From an uncultured Bacilli bacterium (GTDB lineage Bacteria; Bacillota_I; Bacilli_A; RF39; UBA660): a stretch of 64,000 nucleotides of DNA. The DNA is taken from assembly GCA_963931685.1 (NCBI GenBank), contig OZ007038.1, forward strand, positions 746,940 through 810,939. The letters are read 5' to 3'. Position 1 is the first letter of the stretch. Each line of letters starts with the position of its first letter. Under the pieces are notes generated by a model, which saw nothing but the letters and a program-made list of their open reading frames with translations, was not told the origin of the DNA and made no database searches. Made by a program: the position numbers and the translations under genes. Below, piece after piece: positions 1 to 9,072 of this stretch.

Positions 1-30
1 ATTAATTGATACTGGAAAGGAATTGTAAAT

Positions 31-150
31 ATGGAAGCACTAATAATAATTTTAATACTGATTTTACTTTTCATTTACTGTGCTTGTAAAACTTCAAGTT
101 ATTGTTCAAGAAAAGAAGAAAATCAAGAAAGGAAAAATAAAGATGAATAA
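31..150 (+). CDS. hypothetical small membrane peptide (39 aa), conjugative-element backbone
   Basis: Read by eye, below the ORF-track cutoff. ATG 31 follows GGAAAGGA. Translates MEALIIILILILLFIYCACKTSSYCSRKEENQERKNKDE: one hydrophobic helix plus a charged tail. The stop overlaps the next start by 8 nt. Confidence 0.3.
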   Translation: MEALIIILILILLFIYCACKTSSYCSRKEENQERKNKDE

Positions 151-499
151 ATATCAAATTGAGATTGTAGAAACATTAAGCCGTGTTATTGATATTGAGG
201 CTAATAGTTATGAAGATGCATTAGAAAAAGTTAAAGAAAAATATGATAATTCCGATATTATTTTAGACTGGGAAGATTTGGAAAATGTTGACTATAAAGA
301 ATATCCATATCCTAAAATAAAAGACGATTTCATATTACAGGTTGATTATGATAAAGATGATAACTCTGTAATAATTGGAACGGAAACATCATCAGGAGCA
401 AAATATTATTGTTCTAATACAGAAGATTTAAAAAATAGCATTAATGAATACATTGATAATTATATAAATTATGATAACGAAAAAGAAATAAATTTTTAA
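143..499 (+). CDS. DpnD/PcfM-like conjugative-element protein
   Basis: ORF-track frame 80..499. Likely start is ATG 143 (MNKYQIEIVETLSRVIDIEANSYEDALEKVKEKYD...) after GAAAGGA. The N-terminal half resembles small DpnD/PcfM-type proteins of Gram-positive conjugative elements (recalled pattern, not searched). Confidence 0.5.
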   Translation: MNKYQIEIVETLSRVIDIEANSYEDALEKVKEKYDNSDIILDWEDLENVDYKEYPYPKIKDDFILQVDYDKDDNSVIIGTETSSGAKYYCSNTEDLKNSINEYIDNYINYDNEKEINF

Positions 500-603
500 A
501 GAAAGGACTGATTATTATAAAAAATGAAGTAAATGTTATATGTTATGACACATTAATTAAATACCCTACTAGAGAAAAAGCCATTAAATTTTATTTTGAG
601 TGT

Positions 604-870
604 ATGCAATGTAGCGAGGGTGCAGAAAGAGATAGATATGTAAATATTTATACGGATTTAGTTTCTACGAATAAGAAATTAGTACACGATCAAGACGATT
701 ATTTTTTCCCAGAGCCAACCTTTTATAGAGTTAAAAAATTTGTAAATAATCACGCAGAAATTATTGACGAATTACCTAAAAATATGACTTATAAAGAATA
801 TTTAAAATATAAAGAAAGCACTTATGAGAATAAAAAAGATATTGAAAAAGGCAGCATGGAATTGGGCTAA
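604..870 (+). CDS. hypothetical protein (conjugative element)
   Basis: ORF-track ORF. The frame stays open upstream to about 500 and GAAAGGA sits at 501-507, so a non-ATG start near 511 is possible. No motif recognised. Confidence 0.5.
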   Translation: MQCSEGAERDRYVNIYTDLVSTNKKLVHDQDDYFFPEPTFYRVKKFVNNHAEIIDELPKNMTYKEYLKYKESTYENKKDIEKGSMELG

Positions 871-968
871 ATTTTGGGGTACACATTACCGTATTTATTT
901 GGCTGATAAAAAGAAAATAGCCACTATACTAGTGTATCATCATAAAATTTATATTTTGGATTACAACA

Positions 969-3164
969 ATGATACTAGACAATAACCTGTCTTTTTTTTA
1001 TGTCTTAATTTTATTTCTAGTAATAGGTGCAATAATATTTATAGTATTAATACAACCTAGACTTAATCAAAGAAAAGTAAAAAACAAAAATGAGTATGGC
1101 TCATCAAAGTTTGCAACTAAAAATGAAATAGCTAAAACTTTTAAAAAAGAAAATATTTTTAATATCAAAGAAGCTGGTTTCCCTATATATTTTGAAAAGA
1201 AAAATAATCAATTTGAAAGTGTTTATTTTGATAATGTAAGCCCTCATTGGTTATTAATTGGTAGTACTGGATCAGGTAAATCTGCGACCGTTGTTTTACC
1301 CGAGTGTATAATGTTCGCAACAGCTAAAGAAAAAGAAAGTTTAATCATTACTGATCCTAAAGGCGAAATATTTTCTAAAACTTCTAGTATATTTAAAGAT
1401 AATGGTTATGAAAACATCATTACTATTGATTTTAGAAATCCCCATTTATCTACGCATATAAATATTATGCAACCGATTATTGATGAGTGGAAAATTCATT
1501 GTGTATATGAAGAAAAGTTATTTTATTCTGTCTGTTATTTATTTCATATTTTACAAATTGATTTTGAACAAATTATTGTAAATGAACAATATAAAAATAA
1601 TATTAAAGTAACTTATAAACTAGATGACTATATCATTGAGTATATTTTAAATAACATTGATGCTATTAAAGATAAACTAGAAAGTGAAGATTTTTTTGAT
1701 TTATTAAAAGAAAAAGTTGATTATGAATATAAATCTATTAATAATTCGGAGCTGTTAAATTATATAAAGCAATATCAAAATCAAAGTTCTTCTAGTCAAG
1801 CTGAAGCTACTAGGCTTATTAATAATTTAGCTGATTTGATATTCGCTGAAAAAGAAACAAAAGATCCATTTTGGTTAAACTCATCCAAAAATCTTTTCAA
1901 AGGTATTGCTGGTATTTTTTTAGAAGATTACGAAAGTGGCTTGATACCAGAAAATAAGATAAATGTTTCTAGTATTAAAAAGTTTCAAAACTCCTCTTTA
2001 TTAAAAGAAAATCAAATCTATTTACAGAGAAACTTAAATACTAGAGATTATGGTACTATTTCAAAAGATTATCTTACTTCTATTTTATCGGCGAGTGAAA
2101 ATACATATAAATCAATTACAGCTGTCTTTGGCGAAAAAATGCAAATATTTGATGACCTTAATGTAGAAAACATTACTAGCTCTAGTGATTTTGAAATATT
2201 TTCTTTAGTTGATAAACCTAGTGTACTTTATATTATCGTTCCTGACGAGGATAAGAGCTATTATCAGCTCGTTACTATCATTGTAGGTATTCTTTATAAG
2301 GAACTAACTAAAATCGCTAATATGCCCCATAATAACGGAAAATTACCACGTAAAATTGAGTGGATATTAGATGAGTTCGCAAATTGTCCACCGTTGAGTG
2401 ATATTGAAACGATCGTGTCTGTTGCTAGATCAAGAAATATGCGTTTTCAATTCTTTATTCAGTCTTTTGCTCAACTAGACCAAGTTTATGGGAAAGAATC
2501 ATCATCTATTATTCAAGATAATTCAGCACTCACTTATCTAAAGACAAATAGTATTGACTGTGCTGATGTTATTAGTCGTAAACTTGGTAAATCTACTATT
2601 GAAACCCAGTCAATAAGTCAAAGTACTGACACTTTTAAAGTAGGTGCTAATAAGACTACTTCTCTACTTGGTAGGGAACTTTTAACAGCTAATGAAATAA
2701 TCGCTTTAAAATATAAAACTATTATTTTCCCAACTGTTTCTAATCCTATTTTTAGAGATACTTATTTATATAGTGATATATTTAAAAATTATAATTTTAA
2801 TCCAATTACTAGACAAATAAAAATGATTAAGAAAAATACTCAAAATTATTATACTGTTGAACAAATGAGAGCTAACTATGAAAATCAAAATAATGACGAG
2901 GATAGTTCTGATGACAGTGATATTATGCCTATTGAAAATAATATATCTAATTTATCTTTTGTTATATCCAATATTGAAGATATAGTAAAAGTAAAAGCTA
3001 ATAACAATAAAATAGTTTTAGATAGAAAAATTAATATGTATGAAGAAAATAAAATACTAGAACAACTACTACCTATGATTAATATAGAAATTAAGACTAT
3101 AAGTGAAAGTAATAAAACGATTATTACTTTTTTTGATGCTGAAAAGTATCGTTATTATTTATAA
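969..3164 (+). CDS. type IV secretion coupling protein (VirD4/TraG/TraD family)
   Basis: 731 aa. N-terminal TM helix, Walker A GSTGSGKS, WILDEFAN and SVARSRNMRFQFF motifs typical of conjugative coupling ATPases. Confidence 0.85.
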   Translation: MILDNNLSFFYVLILFLVIGAIIFIVLIQPRLNQRKVKNKNEYGSSKFATKNEIAKTFKKENIFNIKEAGFPIYFEKKNNQFESVYFDNVSPHWLLIGSTGSGKSATVVLPECIMFATAKEKESLIITDPKGEIFSKTSSIFKDNGYENIITIDFRNPHLSTHINIMQPIIDEWKIHCVYEEKLFYSVCYLFHILQIDFEQIIVNEQYKNNIKVTYKLDDYIIEYILNNIDAIKDKLESEDFFDLLKEKVDYEYKSINNSELLNYIKQYQNQSSSSQAEATRLINNLADLIFAEKETKDPFWLNSSKNLFKGIAGIFLEDYESGLIPENKINVSSIKKFQNSSLLKENQIYLQRNLNTRDYGTISKDYLTSILSASENTYKSITAVFGEKMQIFDDLNVENITSSSDFEIFSLVDKPSVLYIIVPDEDKSYYQLVTIIVGILYKELTKIANMPHNNGKLPRKIEWILDEFANCPPLSDIETIVSVARSRNMRFQFFIQSFAQLDQVYGKESSSIIQDNSALTYLKTNSIDCADVISRKLGKSTIETQSISQSTDTFKVGANKTTSLLGRELLTANEIIALKYKTIIFPTVSNPIFRDTYLYSDIFKNYNFNPITRQIKMIKKNTQNYYTVEQMRANYENQNNDEDSSDDSDIMPIENNISNLSFVISNIEDIVKVKANNNKIVLDRKINMYEENKILEQLLPMINIEIKTISESNKTIITFFDAEKYRYYL

Positions 3165-3187
3165 AAATGAAAGGAGGAATTACTTAT

Positions 3188-3484
3188 ATGCCTAATGATG
3201 AAGTTATTGATTATTTAAAAAATATTACGGTCGGCGAATTTATATCTTTAATGGCTAATAATGATAAACCTAAAAATACTTCTACGGTTTATACTACTGA
3301 TGAATTATTAGAACATTACCCAATGTTTAGTAGATTTACTTTAAACAAAGCTATTAAAGAACAAAAATTACCATACTATCGTGAGGGACATAAAATGTAT
3401 TTTGAAAAGAAATTAGTCGATCAATGGATTAACGAACATACTTCTACTTATACCAAGAAAAATAAAGATAAATATAGGCTATAA
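3188..3484 (+). CDS. xis: excisionase-type HTH protein
   Basis: ORF-track 3167..3484. AGGAGG about 10 nt upstream favours ATG 3188. Small MerR/excisionase-like HTH (YTTDELLEHYPMFSRFTLNKAIKEQKLPYY) directly upstream of the integrase. Paralog at 9073..9372. Confidence 0.7.
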   Translation: MPNDEVIDYLKNITVGEFISLMANNDKPKNTSTVYTTDELLEHYPMFSRFTLNKAIKEQKLPYYREGHKMYFEKKLVDQWINEHTSTYTKKNKDKYRL

Positions 3485-3493
3485 GACAGAATT

Positions 3494-4774
3494 ATGAGTG
3501 AAACAAAAAAATATCCATATACAGTAGAGCCTAATATAATTAAATTAGCTCCCAACTATTATAGAATATTGATAAAAAAAGGTAGTGGTAAAAATCAACA
3601 AGTATTTTCTGAATATGTATCAGGTAAAATTGGAGATGCTAGAGCTGTTAAAAGAAAGGGTTTTGCAGAGTTAGAAAATCAAAAAGCAAAAGAAAAGGAT
3701 AAAGGAAAAATAACATTATTTGAATTTAGTAAAGAGTGGTTACAATTTTGTAGAGATACAGGATTAAGCCCTACAACTATAAATGGTTATAAAACTAGAT
3801 TAAATAATTATATATTACCAGAACTAGGTGGCTATCCGTTAGAAAAAATAAATGCTTATGTTATTGATAAGCTATTTGTAGAATTAAAAAACCGTGATAA
3901 ACAAACACCTAATTCAGATGGGGAAATAGAAAAATTATCCTCATCTTCTTTAAATGGTGCATACCGAGTTTTAAGAAATTTATTAAACAGAGCTGTTATA
4001 TGGGATTATATCGAGTATAATCCTATTCATAAAGTAAAATGTCCATCAGCAAAACCTCGTAAAGAAAAAGAAACTTATAATAAAGAAGAATTATTTACTA
4101 CAATTAAGTTATTATTAGACTACAATAAAAAATATGGTGGTATGTTTATTATTGACTGTTGTACTGGTTTAAGAAGATGCGAGTTAAATGGACTTCATAT
4201 TGAAAAAACAAGAAAGCATGATAAAGATATAGAATTAGACGTTGAGTTTGTTAATAAAGATGGTGAAAAATATATCGGTGGACTTGTGTTCGCTAGACAC
4301 TCTGTTGTTTTTGACAAAGAGCTTAAAAAGGTTGTTGAAAGAGATATACCTAAAACCGAAAAAGGAAAACGTGGTATTCCAATACCCCCTATATGTGTTG
4401 AAGCAATACGTGAGTGTATAAAATATCGTGAAAAAGAAATCCAATTATTAAGAAATAAATACGGTAAAGATTTAGAAATTGTCCCAAATTTATTTTTAGG
4501 AAAAACTGGAGGCTTAATGCACCCAGATACTTTGAGCCATAACTGGACTAAATTCAGAGAAAGAAATAAAGGGTTACTACCAAATAAAAATGTAACTCTT
4601 TATGGGTTACGTCATAGCTTTTGTACTTATATGAGAACTAATCCAGAAATTACTATAAATGAAATCATGAATTTAATGGGACATACAGATGAAAAAACAA
4701 CCGATAATTATACCCACTCAAATAGAGAAATTGGCGATAAAATTATTGGAATGTGGGACGGTTTAGAGCTTTAA
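3494..4774 (+). CDS. int: tyrosine-type site-specific integrase
   Basis: 426 aa. N-terminal core-binding segment (LSPTTINGYKTRLNNYILP) and C-terminal catalytic signature (GLRRCEL ... YGLRHSFCTY ... LMGHT ... NYTH). Followed by arm-type repeats and a tRNA 3' fragment. Confidence 0.9.
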   Translation: MSETKKYPYTVEPNIIKLAPNYYRILIKKGSGKNQQVFSEYVSGKIGDARAVKRKGFAELENQKAKEKDKGKITLFEFSKEWLQFCRDTGLSPTTINGYKTRLNNYILPELGGYPLEKINAYVIDKLFVELKNRDKQTPNSDGEIEKLSSSSLNGAYRVLRNLLNRAVIWDYIEYNPIHKVKCPSAKPRKEKETYNKEELFTTIKLLLDYNKKYGGMFIIDCCTGLRRCELNGLHIEKTRKHDKDIELDVEFVNKDGEKYIGGLVFARHSVVFDKELKKVVERDIPKTEKGKRGIPIPPICVEAIRECIKYREKEIQLLRNKYGKDLEIVPNLFLGKTGGLMHPDTLSHNWTKFRERNKGLLPNKNVTLYGLRHSFCTYMRTNPEITINEIMNLMGHTDEKTTDNYTHSNREIGDKIIGMWDGLEL

Positions 4775-4780
4775 AATAAA

Positions 4781-4830
4781 GGGAATTAACTAAAGTTGAT
4801 CAACTTTTTAGTTAGTTCCCACTTTTTTTG
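4781..4830 (+). terminator. rho-independent terminator after int
   Basis: Long hairpin GGGAATTAACTAAAGTTGATCAACTTTTTAGTTAGTTCCC followed by a T-run. Homologous hairpin after the second integrase at 10686..10735. Confidence 0.6.
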
Positions 4831-4836
4831 TTTTTT

Positions 4837-4861
4837 AGTACCCATTTTAGTACCCACTTTT
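4837..4861 (+). repeat. tandem direct repeat AGTACCCA(T/C)TTT x2 (candidate integrase arm sites)
   Basis: AGTACCCATTTT AGTACCCACTTTT. The same pair recurs at 10741..10765 downstream of the paralogous integrase. Confidence 0.5.
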
Positions 4862-5030
4862 GTTAAAATGAGTTAAAATGATTAAAAATAGTTGATAGTA
4901 ATTTAAAATTAAATTATAATTAATTTGTTAATACAAATAAACGAAAAGTATTGTTTTTCCTGTGTTTATTGACTGTTTGTGTTTTATGGGTGTTAATAAT
5001 AGTTGATAGGTATTTTGAAAACGCAGTTGA

Positions 5031-5075
5031 CTTCTAAGGGATGGGTCAGGGGTTCGAATCCCTTCTGGGACGCCA
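5031..5075 (+). other. att core: 3' fragment of a tRNA-Arg(UCU)-like gene (anticodon loop to CCA)
   Basis: CTTCTAA (loop with anticodon TCT), GGGAT, GGGTC, T arm AGGGG-TTCGAAT-CCCTT, acceptor CTGGGAC, G, CCA. No complementary 5' half (GTCCCAG) within 100 nt upstream, so this is a fragment, not a gene. Confidence 0.65.
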
Positions 5076-5089
5076 CTTATGAAAGTTTA

Positions 5090-5118
5090 AAGTCTTTGAA
5101 ATATAAGACTTTTTTTTT
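5090..5118 (+). terminator. rho-independent terminator downstream of the tRNA fragment
   Basis: AAGTCTT-TGAAATAT-AAGACTT followed by T9. Confidence 0.55.
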
Positions 5119-5146
5119 GTCCACAAAATAAAAAAACAACTCTGTA

Positions 5147-5878
5147 CTAGCAGTTGTTAAAGTATTTTAAATATTTTTCCTTTTTGTTATATTCTTCAAA
5201 AGCACACTCATATTGTACTTGATAATAATTTATAACATTATAAATAAAACGTTCTTTATCTTTCTTACTAAGTTTTATCTCTTTTAATTTTTTATTAAGA
5301 AAATACTCTATATCTTGAAATAGATTAAAACACCTAAAAGAACTTGTAGAACAAAAAACTATATCAGATAATAAACTTTTTATTTTTACAACTTCTTCTA
5401 AAGTATAGTCATTAATATTTTTAATGTCTATCTTTTTAATTTTAAATAATTTCATTATTTCTGTAATATATTTTATATTCTTAACAAAATTACTTATCAT
5501 AATTCTATAAATACTATCTTTAAAGAAATCAATATAATTATTATCCCCTAGATAATGTTTAGATAATAAATATTTTTCAAACATTGAATAATTAGTTTTT
5601 ATTAATGTTTCTATAATTGCTGATGTTTCAAGTCTTAAATAGAAAAAGTTTTCTTGAAACCAATATATAAATCTGTTTAATAAATCTATAAATTGCTTAT
5701 ATGATGATGTTATTTCGTTTGGTTTTACATTACTTGGAACACCAACATCATCTATTTTAATAATTATATTATCCAATAAAGTTGACTTTGAAATCAACTT
5801 ATAAACTAAAGTATCATAACAAAAATCATTATTAAGTATTAAGTTACTTAAATACTCTTTACGTTTTTTTAAATCCAT
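5147..5878 (-). CDS. hypothetical protein (243 aa), last gene of the ssb operon
   Basis: ORF-track ORF, 4 nt after the upstream ORF. Predicted helical. No motif recognised. Confidence 0.55.
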   Translation of the reverse strand: MDLKKRKEYLSNLILNNDFCYDTLVYKLISKSTLLDNIIIKIDDVGVPSNVKPNEITSSYKQFIDLLNRFIYWFQENFFYLRLETSAIIETLIKTNYSMFEKYLLSKHYLGDNNYIDFFKDSIYRIMISNFVKNIKYITEIMKLFKIKKIDIKNINDYTLEEVVKIKSLLSDIVFCSTSSFRCFNLFQDIEYFLNKKLKEIKLSKKDKERFIYNVINYYQVQYECAFEEYNKKEKYLKYFNNC

Positions 5879-5882
5879 AACT

Positions 5883-6266
5883 TCACTTTTTTAAAAGATT
5901 TTTATTATGGTTTAAAGCATCATTTTCTTTAGTCAGTTTATCTAAAGTTGCAACAGAATATCTGCCACTAGGTATTTTTTCATTAGGGGAAGTATTGACT
6001 ATTACATTAATATCATAATTTTGCATTTCGACCTCCTTTTCAAACTTAAATTTAAGATTATCAATATCTTTATCATCATATTTTAAATAATCTAATTTTC
6101 CTTTTCCATTATTATTAGAATTAAACATAAGTATTTTTTCACTATCTAGCATATAAAGAATTAAATCACCTTTATCGTTTTGACCGAAATACTTAAATTC
6201 TATGTTTAGTAAATCATATAAGTTTAATAACTCTTTGTAAGAGTAATATTTATTTTTATCAAGCAT
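5883..6266 (-). CDS. hypothetical protein (127 aa)
   Basis: ORF-track ORF, 2 nt after ssb. No motif recognised. Confidence 0.55.
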   Translation of the reverse strand: MLDKNKYYSYKELLNLYDLLNIEFKYFGQNDKGDLILYMLDSEKILMFNSNNNGKGKLDYLKYDDKDIDNLKFKFEKEVEMQNYDINVIVNTSPNEKIPSGRYSVATLDKLTKENDALNHNKNLLKK

Positions 6267-6268
6267 AA

Positions 6269-6625
6269 TTATTTTTCCATTTCTTTGCTTTTAGTTTTTT
6301 TAGTTTCTTTTTGTAATTCATAATCAATCTTATCAGCGATTAAATCATTAGTGTAAACTTTTTCGCCTTTATCATTGGTATAAGATCCACTTTTAAAGTG
6401 AGCTTCAACAGTAACATATTGTTCTTCTTTTAACTCATTTGCCACTTTTTCAGCATCTTTCCATAATTTTAAATTGATAAAGTCATAACTTGTTTTACCA
6501 CTATCATTTTGAAAATCACGTTTACTAGCAATAGTTAAGTAAGCATATTTTCTCTCGTTTCCTCGTAAAACAGGTTTTTTAGCAAGTTTGCCACTAAATT
6601 TACAATAATTAAAATCTTTATCCAT
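6269..6625 (-). CDS. ssb: single-stranded DNA-binding protein-like (OB fold), mobile-element type
   Basis: 118 aa. The pattern FSGKLAKKPVLRGNERKYAYLTIASKRDF...FINLKLWKDAEKVANELKEEQYVTVEAHFKSGSY matches the SSB OB-fold layout. It lacks a long acidic tail. Confidence 0.65.
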   Translation of the reverse strand: MDKDFNYCKFSGKLAKKPVLRGNERKYAYLTIASKRDFQNDSGKTSYDFINLKLWKDAEKVANELKEEQYVTVEAHFKSGSYTNDKGEKVYTNDLIADKIDYELQKETKKTKSKEMEK

Positions 6626-6772
6626 ATTACCATATCCTTTCTTTAATTTTTATTCACTAAACATATTTAATAATAATAATAATAATGACTTACACCACCT
6701 CCTTAAAATAGGGTATAAAAAAGAATCAGTAAACTATTGTTACCAATTCTATTTATTATTTTAAATTTTATA

Positions 6773-8329
6773 TTAATTAAATCTTTTTCTAATATATAAT
6801 CCTGTACCAATTAAGCCTACTAAACTTAATGTTCCAATAATTCCATAAATTAATATATTATCAGATGTTTGAGGATTATCTTCAGTATTATTATTTGTTT
6901 TTTCACTTACATTTGTATCTTTGTAATCAGCAATTGCATAAGTGCTAAAATGATTAGTTTTAAAATGAAGATATAAAACATTGTCAATTTTTTCAACTAC
7001 ACCGTTTATTGTTTCTCCTAATGATGAGTCATTTTTGACATAATATACATCTACTATCTTGCCTACCTCATAATCATTTGAAACAGGTATGTATACATCA
7101 ACATCGTTTGATGTTGTATTAATATATTTATTATTGTAAGCTCCTAGCAAATTAATATCAAAAGCATACTTTAAATTCAAATTATTGTTGTTTTTTGCTT
7201 GTGTTACATAATTTTTACCTAACACATCTTGCACTTTTATAAGTGTATCTAATGGAACATCAAAGCTATCAGTCGATATATTTATTCCTGTATTTTTATC
7301 AGTTGATCTTAAGTTATAATGATCAACATATTTTCCATCAACTTCAACTATTAAATAATATTCTTTAACATTGTTTATCGTAATATCCACACCAATCGAT
7401 TTATATTTTTCATTTGTACCTAATATTTCATTTATATCAGATGATAAATCATATCCATATGATGTAGCACTATTTTTATCAATAGATACTGCAACTGAAT
7501 TATTAAAATACTCATTAAGTTTCTTTTCAACTTTTTCATAAATTGTTCCTGATGAATTTTTATCAATAAAAATCATTGTTTGATAATTTAAATTGATTAC
7601 CTTATAACCATATAAAATATTATCCTTATACAAAAGAACAGCTACCAAATTGTTAGCATCATATGGTGAACCACCTCCACCATATGAAATTATTTTATAA
7701 TTAAACTCATCATTATTTTCAATTACTTTTTTTATTTCTGAAAATCTTAATAAAGTTGTATCTGTCAAAGTATCATCTGCAGACATTCCATAATCATTAT
7801 CTGATAAAGCTCCATAATGATAAATAGAATTTATTGCAGCCATACCATTTAACGAATACTCATCTTTAAAAGATTTTATTATAGATGCTGCTTTATCATA
7901 TGTGGTTTTGTCATAATTAGCATAATTTATTTTAACATCCTTACTTACACCATTACAATTTTTTGTTCCATAATTATAACCATAATAACATAACGTCACT
8001 AAATTATTTGATTTCACAATAGTTGTAAATCCATTATATTCATAATTATTTTTATTAAAATAAAGTGCAAGTGGTACATCATAGACAGTGCCAAAAAAAT
8101 TAAAATCATCATAATTAGTGTTACTTAAATTACTTAAATCAGCAGAATTAAGAGTTATCTCATTACCTATTGAATTTAAAAAATTAAGTGCTTCTTCATC
8201 AGTTGTTATCTCATTATAAGTCAATACCTTATTATAAGTTATTACCTCATTATAAGTCATTGATTTTATAACACTTGGTAAAACCATAGCCACCAACAAA
8301 AATGAAATAAATAAAAATCGTTTTTTCAT
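6773..8329 (-). CDS. secreted surface protein with C-terminal sorting-signal-like anchor
   Basis: 518 aa. Signal peptide MKKRFLFISFLLVAMVLPSVIKS. Three tandem TYNE(V/I)-type hexapeptides after it. C-terminus is NPQTSDN plus a hydrophobic helix plus RKRFN. Confidence 0.7.
   Translation of the reverse strand: MKKRFLFISFLLVAMVLPSVIKSMTYNEVITYNKVLTYNEITTDEEALNFLNSIGNEITLNSADLSNLSNTNYDDFNFFGTVYDVPLALYFNKNNYEYNGFTTIVKSNNLVTLCYYGYNYGTKNCNGVSKDVKINYANYDKTTYDKAASIIKSFKDEYSLNGMAAINSIYHYGALSDNDYGMSADDTLTDTTLLRFSEIKKVIENNDEFNYKIISYGGGGSPYDANNLVAVLLYKDNILYGYKVINLNYQTMIFIDKNSSGTIYEKVEKKLNEYFNNSVAVSIDKNSATSYGYDLSSDINEILGTNEKYKSIGVDITINNVKEYYLIVEVDGKYVDHYNLRSTDKNTGINISTDSFDVPLDTLIKVQDVLGKNYVTQAKNNNNLNLKYAFDINLLGAYNNKYINTTSNDVDVYIPVSNDYEVGKIVDVYYVKNDSSLGETINGVVEKIDNVLYLHFKTNHFSTYAIADYKDTNVSEKTNNNTEDNPQTSDNILIYGIIGTLSLVGLIGTGLYIRKRFN
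7403..7644 (-). repeat. left copy of a perfect 242-bp inverted duplication (inside the surface-protein gene)
   Basis: The reverse complement of 7403..7644 is identical base for base to 8713..8954 (aligned by hand). Confidence 0.9.
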
Positions 8330-8426
8330 AAAATCACTCCCTCACATTCTAAATACATGTCAAAACAATTCTCTATGTTCAATTGAATTATATCACAAAT
8401 GTGAATAGTTAGCAAGATAAACTTCA

Positions 8427-8719
8427 TTTAAGTTTCGGTATTTTACTAAACTCTCACATAAAAACTAACTTTCAATCAAACAACTTATAATAAATTTGAT
8501 TTGTAAAGGAAATTTATAAATTTTTTTCATGCTAACGCAGGGCATTAATCATGTCCTTTTTTAATATTATTCTAAAAATAATTATCTCTATAATTTTAAC
8601 TGTAATTGTTTAAATTTCTCTCTGCTTTCTATCTTTTGCCATTTTCTTATTCCTTCATGGGCATATGATAGTATATTTCTTATCCCCCTAGATATTTGTC
8701 CATACCATACTATAGCTGT
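8427..8719 (-). mobile_element. truncated right end (293 bp) of the IS4-family element found intact at 45888..47492
   Basis: The reverse complement of 47200..47492 is identical to 8427..8719 (aligned by hand). It includes the last 44 transposase codons and the right terminus TTTAAGTTTCGG. Confidence 0.9.
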
Positions 8720-8954
8720 TCTTTTGTATAAGGATAATATTTTATATGGTTATAAGGTAATCAATTTAAATTATCAAACAATGATTTTTATTGATAAAAA
8801 TTCATCAGGAACAATTTATGAAAAAGTTGAAAAGAAACTTAATGAGTATTTTAATAATTCAGTTGCAGTATCTATTGATAAAAATAGTGCTACATCATAT
8901 GGATATGATTTATCATCTGATATAAATGAAATATTAGGTACAAATGAAAAATAT
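8713..8954 (+). repeat. right copy of the 242-bp inverted duplication
   Basis: Identical to the reverse complement of 7403..7644. Overlaps the IS fragment by the 7-nt microhomology TAGCTGT (8713..8719). The ORF-track ORF 8724..8957 is this duplicated coding segment. Confidence 0.9.
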
Positions 8955-8956
8955 TA

Positions 8957-9055
8957 ATCACACCAATGATTAATATTGATATAAAAACTATTAGCGAAAG
9001 TAATACAACGGTTATTACTTTTTTAGATGCTGAAAAATACCGTTATTATTTATGA
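8957..9055 (+). pseudogene. 3'-terminal remnant of a second VirD4-type coupling protein gene
   Basis: Translates TPMINIDIKTISESNTTVITFLDAEKYRYYL*, against LPMINIEIKTISESNKTIITFFDAEKYRYYL* at the end of ORF 969..3164. Everything upstream is missing. Confidence 0.8.
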
Positions 9056-9072
9056 GAGGAGGAATTACTTAT

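Noticed and set aside
4235-4444. Antisense ORF within int, and the same-strand alternate-frame ORF 26889..27080 within the second RIT recombinase
   Set aside because: Both lie inside recombinase genes with intact catalytic signatures. No independent support.
5031-5075. Possible intact tRNA gene (also 10924..10968)
   Set aside because: Only the anticodon loop to CCA is present. No complementary acceptor or D-arm sequence lies upstream. Treated as att-site fragments.
6668-6685. (TAA)6 microsatellite as a phase-variation switch for ssb
   Set aside because: It is intergenic, about 45 nt upstream of the ssb start, and not between recognisable -35 and -10 boxes. A short AT-rich repeat is expected by chance in this composition. 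It is mentioned only inside the surface-protein finding.
8724-8957. 77-aa ORF in the ORF track
   Set aside because: It is the duplicated, inverted internal segment of the surface-protein gene (identical to 7403..7644). It has a TTG start and no RBS, so it is not an independent gene.
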